A stretch of DNA of 64,000 nucleotides, taken from the NCBI GenBank assembly GCA_951406725.2, contig OX597815.1, forward strand, positions 212,040,001 to 212,104,000, in the 5' to 3' direction. A program made the translations under genes and the position numbers. Source of the DNA: Octopus vulgaris. Its lineage: Eukaryota. The notes under the pieces were generated by a model, which worked only from the letters and a program-made list of their open reading frames with translations, did no database searches and was not told where the DNA came from. Below, one piece after another: positions 53,807 to 64,000 of this stretch (its first letter is position 1; each line of letters starts with the position of its first letter).

Positions 53807-54112
53807 GTTTGTTTGTTCCTTCTCGAGCCATGCCTGGCTCATAAGGGCCGGTTTCCCGGTTTCTTTGGCGTCTAGGTTCCCCACCTGGACGGAACGCCGG
53901 TCCGTCGCAGGTGAGCTGCATGATGCAGGAGGAAAGAGTGAGAGAAAGTTGTGGTGAAAGAGTCAGCAGAAGTTCGCCATTACCTTCTGCCGGAGCCGCG
54001 TGGATTTTAGGTGTTTCGCTCATAAACACTCACACATCGCCCTGTCTGAGATTCGAACTCGTGATCCCTCGACCGCGAGCCCGCTGTTCTAACCACTAGG
54101 TCATGTGCCTCC
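53807..54112 (-). mobile_element. Second OR-like SINE (family B): related head, different tail
   Basis: Head ggaggcacatgacctagtggttagaacagcggg..gagttcgaatctc; similar to family A up to cacaactttctctcactctt, then diverges and ends in (AAAC)n. Confidence 0.88.
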
Positions 54113-54491
54113 ACATGGCCTGGTGATGGCATTAAGTTTAGGTCATTCGATGTTAATATTCTTTTTTTTTTTTTTGTTCTCAAAATTTATCAAGGAGTGC
54201 GTTCCTTTATCGAACATTATCATGGCTCCTTTATCAGCCATCTTTAAAAAATTGCAGAAAATTGCGAAATATTTGTTTTACCGGAAGCAGTTACAATTCA
54301 AAAAATATTTAGGCGCACCCACTGCAAAACAGGGGCTGTTTCTACGCGAAAATACTATCTGCACAATCCAGACAATCTCCGAAATGTAATGGTAAAAACA
54401 GAAATGAAAAGACGGGGGCTTAGAAAACCGAAAAGATTACAAATTCTTTATCAACTTACGGAGCACCAAATTTCTGTGACTTCACAAATAT

Positions 54492-55046
<555 letters not shown>

Positions 55047-55599
55047 CAACAAGACTGCTCACTCAAATGCAGAATGTGCGATGATTTAAATGAACAGATG
55101 ATGTTTCCATACGCATATAGAAATATACATTTACAAACATACACGTCCACGCATCATATATGTTCACACATCCACACTTATAGATAAAGAGCGCCCTCCT
55201 TCTCAAGATATCTGAGGACTAACGCTTGTAGGGTTGTGGAAGTGGCTTGTCTATAAATTTTTACCACACCCTGGGGCCTCGATTATAATGAGTATTGTTC
55301 TCGGTTTCCAACCACGTTTAAAAAAAAGTCTCTATCTCCATAATATCTTTGCATTCGGAGATATTTTCGTCCTCCATAATTATGTTTCTGTTTTCTATGT
55401 ATGACATATCAATTAGAGAACATGTTTTTACCAGAGTGGTAGACAAATCTGTCTGTCTGTCTGGTTGGTTTTTCGTTATCTTCATGCGACAAGCATATTC
55501 ATATCCCAGAAGTTTGTTGGTTATTCCATCTTTTTTTAAATACACATTCTCTCTCACTCCTTCTCGCTCGCTCTCTCTCGATATATATGTATATATATT

Positions 55600-55659
<60 letters not shown>

Positions 55660-55671
55660 AGATATAGATAT

Positions 55672-55723
<52 letters not shown>

Positions 55724-56328
55724 CTATCTCTTTCTCTCAGGAGCATGGTTATATCATTTAGTAAGCAATGTAGGCTGTGTCAGTGTCTACAGATTATGCA
55801 ATGGAAATATCTCATTCCGCTGTTATGCCTGTGTAAGTATTTAGTATTCGCTGTTACAAGACATATTTTAAGCACATGATTGATTGTCCGATCAAATTGG
55901 CCACATTTTAGAGTCTTTTTAATATGTTCAAGATGTTTTTCTTGTTACTTTTAGTGTAAAGACAGCATTTGTATAGCGTTGTACTGCAACTCTCAATTCC
56001 TCTCAGTCTATTTTGGAACGTAGGCTTGTCATCCATAATTCACAATATTCTTCTTTATCTATTCTAGATCTTTATTGGGTTTCTGAACCCAGCTACTTTT
56101 ATAAATTTATTTTGTTGATATTGTTTATGCTAAGTTACGTTTTTTCATTGCTTTTGCCTTGAAATTATTGTTAAATCTACTTACCATTATTATTGTAACT
56201 TGTCCTTCTAATGCGCCCTCATCCACCGGCTTTATGACAAATAAAGAAACAATTCAATAAGCATTACTTGAGCAGTTCCATCCCACCCACCAAACACAAT
56301 TGCTGACCTTGTGCCAAAATTTGAAACC

Positions 56329-56399
<71 letters not shown>

Positions 56400-56459
56400 C
56401 ATCATCATCATCATCATCATCATTATTATTATTGATAAATGAATTAACTATTATTATTA

Positions 56460-58030
56460 TTAGAGTGTCGTAGTTGTCATGTGAAATTAGTTGAACGATA
56501 CTTCGGCATCTAGCGTTCCTTCCACAGGTTCAAAAATTACTGGTCAGTCTACTTCATTTTTTTTTTTTTTGTTTGTTAAGATTATATAGGACTGAGGTAA
56601 ACTCCTCCAGAAGTTATAGAGAAATAAATAGAATAAATGGTATAATTGGAAATTAGTATTCCACACTGACATGTTGTGCTTCAAGAAGTTTGAAATCACA
56701 GGAGAAATTTTGAAGATATCTAGCGATTTCAAGATCCATGAAATGCGGTGTACTGTCAAAGGCCTTTTTATAACCAATCCATGCGGAACTGAGATTTCTG
56801 CGTTTGTTATGACAGTTCTCAAAGATCCTGTGATTGCTTAAGAGTTGTTCTTTGCATCCATATGAGCCTCGTCGGCACCCTTTTTGCTTAGTGGGGAAAA
56901 TATCGTTCTGTTCCATAAATTTATATGTTTTCTCCACGAAGATGGATGTTAAAATTTTATACGTGGTAAATAGACATGTTATGGGCCGATAGTTTTTAGG
57001 AAATTTGGTTTCATTATTCTTCGGGAGTAGGTAAGTAATACTTCCTGCGAACCAATCAGGTGTTTTCGTAATTCATAATTTCATTGAATAACTGGACTAA
57101 TTTTTCGTATGTGCATAGGAGCGATGCGAGCCAGAAATTTGTCACCCTATCATTACCAGATTTCAACTTATGAGCGTTCGTGTCATCCTTAGGTCTGCTA
57201 TTGAGATGTCTTCCCATGCTTCTTCTGGTAAGTTATGATAGGATCCTTCTATGTGTTTAATCTAGTCTACATTTTCATCGTAGGTCATTTCATCACTCCA
57301 AATACTTTTCCAAAAGTTTTTAACTTCTTCCATAGGAATGGGGTCTTCAACGGTTATTTTCTCCTTCCCTATTTCTCTGTAGAATATTTTCGCATTGGAT
57401 GTGAACAGCTTATTTTTCTTGTAAAACTTGTTTCTCTTCTCAAATCTTCGTATTCTTTGAGCTTTTGCTTGGACATTTTGTTGCAGTGTTTATTTTGCTG
57501 AAAGCAGTTCTTCTCTTGGTGAGAATATATGTTTTCTTTCTTCTTAGGTTTGTATTTCTTCGTTCTTCTCAGAAGCATACAACCGGTTTCAATTTTCTTA
57601 GCAGCTCCGTAAATAATTTCATTTAATTCAGTGAGATCTGGTTTTCCTTCTTGTATCATTTCTTTTGTTACATGGTTTCCAATTTTAATTTGTTTTCTAT
57701 TTTGGATTGTATTTGAGAGCTTATGAAGTGATTCTCAATCATGCATATTGACGTGTCTTACAACTTCAAGATTATTCCAGATATTCTGCCTCTTTTGTAT
57801 CATAGACTCTTTATGTTCTTCAGTAAATGTGTTGTCTTTTCAAATATCGTTTCCTTACCACTTTCTTCGCTGTCTTTATCAGGTTCATTACAATCTATGT
57901 CTTCAGACGTTTGCGTGTTCTGGTCAGATGGCAATCTTTCAACTGTGACTCGTGGAGAGTTGCACTTTTCATCTGGTTCTCCATTTCCTTTCTGTCTTGA
58001 TCGCGGTTATTTCACTGTCTGTGACTCTTA
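56460..58030 (-). mobile_element. Decayed R4/Dong-like retrotransposon (N-terminal region to RT)
   Basis: KQKGCRRGSYGCKEQLL..NLSSAWIGYKKAFDSTPH; PKNYRPITCL; (TAA)n on the flanks. Confidence 0.85.
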
Positions 58031-58031
58031 T

Positions 58032-58191
58032 CATTATTATTCCTTCGTAACTCAGTGTAGGCAAAAATGCACCGGAGTCTTTAATCATCTGTCAAGTTAC
58101 AACAACAACCTCAGACAGATAATACTTTCCTTAAGATGTGCGCTGTGCCCACATCTTAAGACTGTGCAAGACATCAATTTTGCATGGGATA
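58032..58191 (-). mobile_element. R4/Dong-like 3' end
   Basis: GTAHILRKVLSV* then a short UTR and an aataataatgataa tail. Confidence 0.7.
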
Positions 58192-58745
<554 letters not shown>

Positions 58746-59003
58746 GCCCTCCCCACAATTTTCAGAGCTTGTGCCTGTATTAGAAAGAATCCTTGTGTTT
58801 CCAACTGAAAGGTGTCAGTTTTTACCTCTAGGGTTATAATCGAATTTTATAGTTTTGAACAAAGAAATTCGAGCTTTCGTAGCACCACTTTACTATTAAA
58901 CATCTAAAATTTCTGAATCCAGTTGATTTTCAGAAATTTTCGTCCCTTCAAGGTGAATTTTCAGGTTTTATAAAAGCAAATATACCTCTGTATATATATA
59001 TTT

Positions 59004-59269
59004 GATAGCGTGTGGTTTAATGGTTACACTATTCGGCTCACGATCGCAAGTGCGTGAGTTCGATTCCCGGCCATGCGCTGTGTCCTTGAGCAAGACACTT
59101 TATATTACGTTACTTCAGTTCACTCATTTGGCAAAAATGAGTAGCTCCTGTATATCAAAGGGTCAGCCTTGTCACACTCTGCATCACGCTGAATCTCCCT
59201 GAGAACTGCGATTAGGATACACGTGTCTGTGGAATGCTCAGCCACTTGCACGTTAATTTCACGAACAGG
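59004..59269 (+). mobile_element. Old tRNA-derived SINE (same family as 1601-1920), 3'-truncated
   Basis: gagttcgattcc B box, tgtgtccttgagcaagacactt, tcaaagggtcagccttgtcacactctg. Confidence 0.8.
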
Positions 59270-59389
59270 TTTGTCTTAAATACAATTTATTAAGTCGCAG
59301 TTTGAATCATAACTACGAATACAATCGATTAATCCGCACGTGTATTTGACGCTCGCTGCGACTTAATAAATTGTATTCAAGACAAACCT
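59267..59389. repeat. 123-bp foldback with 34-bp arms (one mismatch)
   Basis: aggtttgtcttaaatacaatttattaagtcgcag / ctgcgacttaataaattgtattcaagacaaacct. Confidence 0.85.
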
Positions 59390-59627
59390 CTGCTGAAGAT
59401 TTATGGATGTTGTGTAAGTAAAAATGCATATTACATTAATAATGAAACAATTGTTCATGGTTAATCTATATTTTCGTTGTGTTTCACTTACCTTACGTTA
59501 AATGTCGTGGTATTTCTTCTTGGAAACAACTTTTAGTGGCTATACCATTAGCGGAGCTATTTTTAGCACTAGAGTGAACCACATAGTGGTCACTCTCTAA
59601 TATTTATGGATATATATATATATATAT

Positions 59628-60172
59628 ATTTAAATTTATAAATAAGGATAATATCGATATTTAAATATCGATATTATCAAGTGGCCAGCATGGGAAAAAT
59701 ACCATACAAAGGTAATAATTTTTTACAACTAAAAATAAGGGTGTCTGAGAGACACCACCATGCCGAAATAGCAGTCAAATCCCTGACTCTAAAAAATTTA
59801 TATAATTCGTCACTATATTCACTGCGGTGTTTATTTTGACCATATCGTGCTTATGAGGTGTTTGGCGGGCAATTTAAACTGGCCTTGTACATACGTGCAT
59901 ATATATATGTATGTATGGACGTTCGTATACGTAAGTATAACGTTTGTTCTGCATATATATATTTGTATTTATGTGCTCTGATTTATTCAACTGACGAGGT
60001 AAAGATTATTTAAGGCAAAGCTAGAAATCCAGGATCTTGAATTATTCAGTAATATCTTTTTACTTGTCTCTATTTTGTCTCTCTGTCTTATCTCATGGTG
60101 CGATATGAACATTTAAGGTGGTTTTTAGAGTCAGGGATTTGACTGCTATTTCGGCATGGTGGTGTCTCTAAG
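59628..60172. mobile_element. Putative PLE pseudo-LTR with a 48-bp perfect inverted segment, in (TA)n
   Basis: 59748-59795 is the reverse complement of 60122-60169; hammerhead motif between them; TA tracts on both flanks. Confidence 0.7.
59985..60042 (+). ncRNA. Type I hammerhead-like motif, intact core, weak stem II
   Basis: attcaa-CTGACGA-[ggt...gcta]-GAA-ATCC-A-GGAT-C-ttgaat: 6-bp stem I, quasi-palindromic helix III, AUC triplet. Confidence 0.65.
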
Positions 60173-60201
60173 TTATATATTTATATTTATTTTTAGTTAT
60201 A

Positions 60202-60248
<47 letters not shown>

Positions 60249-61870
60249 TCAAATCAGAAGAAAAGATGGCTTTAGGAAAAGTTGTTATGCAAATATTTTC
60301 CCACTTGTGCCTGTTACAGTCAGCTGAGAATTTATGAATAATAATAGAAATGAGAAGAACGACAAAACACTACAAATGGAAAGAAACATGAAAGTAACAC
60401 TAGCATCATCGCCATACTTAACACAGCTACAAATACTTGCAACAGAAACTACAATAAGGAAAAGCAACACACAGTGAGCATTAAAATAAATACGACGACC
60501 AGCAGCTCAAATCATAAATAAATATGATAAACACCGAGGCTTGCAAACAAAGAAATGGTTTCGCAAATGTGTTCGCAAAACTAGAGATTGATAAATAAGC
60601 TATCAGAAAATGAGCTATGAAATACAAAAGCTCGTCTCAAGAAAAATAGCAGAATTATATACCTGAACATATGCAGCAAATTCAAGAAGGAAACTAAAGA
60701 TTATAGTCAAACGTATTGGACTCAAAACTGAGGTGATTTGAGCAATCGATGCAAGTCCAGATTAAAAAGTACCTTGTGCAAATCTGGGGCATAACAACTT
60801 AAGTCGCTGCAGTTTCAAAGAAGTAAAAGAAAATTCAACAACAATACTAAAACGTAAAGAACTGCTCTTGATTCCAACATACCTTGGTCAGCGTCGTCAA
60901 AATAATGGTGTTGAAGGTACCACCAGAAGGCAGATGTCACCTTGCTCGCAGCGGCTGTAATATACGACATAGATTATGAAAAAAGCATTCTGAAAATCCA
61001 CAGACTAGGAAAGGAAAATTGGTCAGGCAAAGGGATGGAACTATTAAACCAAACAGACGATGAGAACACGAAAACCATCCCTGATTTGATCAATATCCCA
61101 AATAGCTTACAGCTTTTCATAACATCTGGAAGATGGAGACGGTAAGTCCACATATGGCGAAACGTAAACCATCTGAGGGCTCTTTTCCTTCTGATAATAA
61201 AAAAAAAGAAATAGGAAGACCCCTCTACCCTGCTGTCACATTCACCATAACAGCATCATCGGCAACAAAAGTGGCAACAGCAGCAGTAGCAGCAGCATTA
61301 CCAAGAATGCAAGATTGGGGAAAGACTGAAGAGGGAAGACACTTTGCTCAGATGGTTAGGTATCTGTGCTTCTTTCGGTGGGATTTCCACTGGTAGCTCT
61401 CGGGGTCTCACCATATTCGTGCAAATCCGTCTGTGCATTTCTGTTTGTACCGATATCTTTTGTTCTTTTATGGAATCAGCTACTGCATCTGTGTGGGCGA
61501 ATTTTGAAGGCGAGTTCTACGACTATTAATACCCAAATTTCCCTGAAATTGCTTCCTATATAGATTTAACAGCATACATACGTAAGTGTAACGCCTACCA
61601 CCGACTGTGTTTCCATATAAATTTCAGAAAAAATGGTGGAAGAGTGGGGTAAAAATTTGTTTTACAAATATCTTTCAGATAGTGTAGATTACAATCATAT
61701 ACTTTAATGTTAAAAGAAAAAAATTAGTGAGCACGCACACATCCATTTTGACAAACATCACATATATATCTACAAAATGAAATTGTACACTTGGGGGAAA
61801 ATGATGTGATGTTTGTCATTTCTAATTCCACAACAAAGTCCAGTATAACTGCAAATTACACCATCTAAAA

Positions 61871-62670
61871 AAGGCGGTGAGCTGGCAGAATCGTTAGCAT
61901 ACACGGCGAAATGCTTAGCGGTATTTCTTCTGCCGCTACGTTCTGAGTTCAAATTCCGCCGAGGTCGACTTTGCCTTTCATCCTTTCGGGGTCGATTAAG
62001 TAAGTACCAGTTACACACTGGAGTCGATAGAATCGACTTAATCCGTTTGTATGTCCTTCTTTGTCCTCTCTGTGTTTAGCCCCTTGTGGGTAGTAAAGAA
62101 ATAGGTATTTCGTCTGCCGCTACGTTCTGAGTTAAAATTCCACCGAAGTCGACTTTGCCGTTCATCCTTTCGGGGTCGATTAAATAAGTACCAGTTTCGC
62201 ACTGGGGTCGATGTAATCGACTTAATCCGTTTGTATGTCCTTGTTTGTCCTCTCTGTGTTTAGCCCCTTGTGGGTAGTAAAGAAATAGGTATTTCGTCGT
62301 CTTTATGTTCTGAGTTCAAATTTCGCTGAGGTCGACTTTACCTTTCATCGTTCCGAGGGCGATAAATTAAGTACCAGTTCCGTACTGCGGTCGATCTAAT
62401 CGATTGGCCCCCTCCCCCCAAAATTTCGGGCCTTGGGCCTATAGTAGAAAAGATTATATATCCTGGTGAGCTGGCAGAAATGTTAGCACATCGGGCGAAA
62501 TGCTTAGCGGTGTTTCGACTGTCTTTACGTTCTGAGTTCAAATTCCGCCGAGGGCGACTTTGCCTTTCATCCTTTCGGGGTCAATAAATTCAGTACCTGT
62601 TGTGTACTGGGGTCGATCTAATTGACTGGCCCCTCCCAAAAAATTTCGGGCCTTGTACCTATAGTAGAAA
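61871..62670 (+). mobile_element. Family D SINE array: three 184-bp-period units plus a downstream monomer
   Basis: Units restart at 61921, 62105 and 62289; the last unit and the monomer (about 62463-62670) carry tail B. Confidence 0.88.
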
Positions 62671-63203
62671 AATAGAAAAGAATTTATACCATCTAAAAAA
62701 TGTTTGTAGAAATTTCCCCTTAAAAATTCGCATCTTTCTGAATGTTATGAGGAAACGAAGTCAGGTGGCGCTCTTGTGAAGGTAAAAGAAATAAACATTA
62801 GAAATCCGTAACTAAACTGAATCGTTGGTTGGTTGGTTGTTGTTGTTGTTGTTGTTGTTGCTGTTGTTGTTGTTGTGGTTTACCCTAGGATCACACCCTG
62901 ATAGAATATAGATCGAATCTCTAACAATATTATCCAAAGTATCCTTTTATAAGAAGGCAAGATGTGATATGAAAGAAATATGGTTGCTATTTCTAGCATT
63001 CGTCGTTGCCGTCGTCGTCGTCATCGGCAAACTCTAGTTCAGTCCTGACAAGGAAATCTATGATAAAACATTCTCCTGCTCTAACCGTCCCATCCCGTTC
63101 TTTTTTGTTTTTGTTTGTTTTTAAGCATCATATCCAATTGATCGATCTCACCTTGCCACCTGCATTCTTACTCAAACGTCTTACAAATTACAATTACACC
63201 ATT

Positions 63204-63242
<39 letters not shown>

Positions 63243-64000
63243 AACAATAAATAGCATATTTATTCTTAATATGTTCCGGCAGATTCGAACGTGACTATGC
63301 CAATCGGTGTTGCATTTTGTCCTTTACAGACGAGAGAACGTCATTTCAGAACTATTCCGGCTGCTATTTCTAGCAGGTCTAACCATACACCGAGACCCCC
63401 CCTGTACTTGTTTAGCACATTAGTTTATAGGTAAGCGACGCCATTGTTCCGCACTAAAAGGAGGAGACGGTTTATTGTTTATTTTTATTGTTTGTATCAT
63501 ATCTAACCAGGGAATGTGATGCATCGTTATTTTCTCTTCCTGACGACATTATCTTCTTATCTTCTTACTTCCCTCCCCCCCCCCACTCCACACAAACCCT
63601 CACCAATCAACTTCTCTCAAGTATCCATCCTTCGTACACTTCCGCCATTTTACTACACTTTCAGATTTTGTCTCGTCTCCAATATTTTTCTTTCATCATT
63701 TTTGCATGTCTTCTTTTCCTTTCGCCCCAAATACCTCGCTTTTCTTTTACGTTTCTGCTTTTCTTTTCTTTCTGTTTTTTCTTTTATGAACATCTTTTTA
63801 AAGCTTTACCCAACTGTTTTTCATTTCTCTGTTACAGCTCTCTACAGTGTTCACAGATTCTCTCTCCCTACCTGTCTCTTTTCCTCTTTCTTCTTCCTTT
63901 ATTTTTCATATTGTGTGCATATATACACACACAGACACACACACACGCATACACACGTTTATATACATAGATATTTATATACAAAACAGACCCATGCGTG

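Noticed and set aside
58032-58191. HDV-like ribozyme at an R4 5' end
   Set aside because: The segment translates as the R4 C-terminus, so it is a 3' end, not a 5' UTR.
60280-61330. Possible LINE ORF1 remnant (PCANLGH..C)
   Set aside because: One weak zinc-knuckle-like string in A-rich sequence; insufficient.

Overview
Eukaryotic, AT-rich, repeat-saturated DNA, intronic or intergenic. It is most likely a coleoid cephalopod (Octopus-like), judged from memory of the OK/OR-type tRNA-derived SINEs. I see no supportable host gene. Nearly all supplied ORFs are translations of microsatellites or of decayed transposons. Contents: very dense (TA)n/(TACA)n/(GATA)n/(AAT)n tracts; four SINE families; fragments of CR1-like, RTE, R4/Dong-like and Tx1/L1-like LINEs; a Penelope-like GIY-YIG fragment; Helitron-type non-autonomous elements; and Tc1/mariner, pogo-like, Chapaev-like and hAT remnants. 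Two signals stand out. (1) A set of minimal type I hammerhead-ribozyme-like motifs lies in short elements, several of them inverted and flanked by microsatellites, which are probably Penelope pseudo-LTRs. Their cores co-vary at the 3-8 pair (C-G, G-C and U-A all occur here) and they have palindromic helix III. (2) A SINE variant whose 3' tail resembles the Tx1-like LINE tail is found repeatedly at one fixed position inside the tRNA head of its own family. One case has a diagnostic 15-bp TSD, and the insertions build about 184-bp tandem arrays. All calls are by-eye readings; family names and coordinates need confirmation by alignment.
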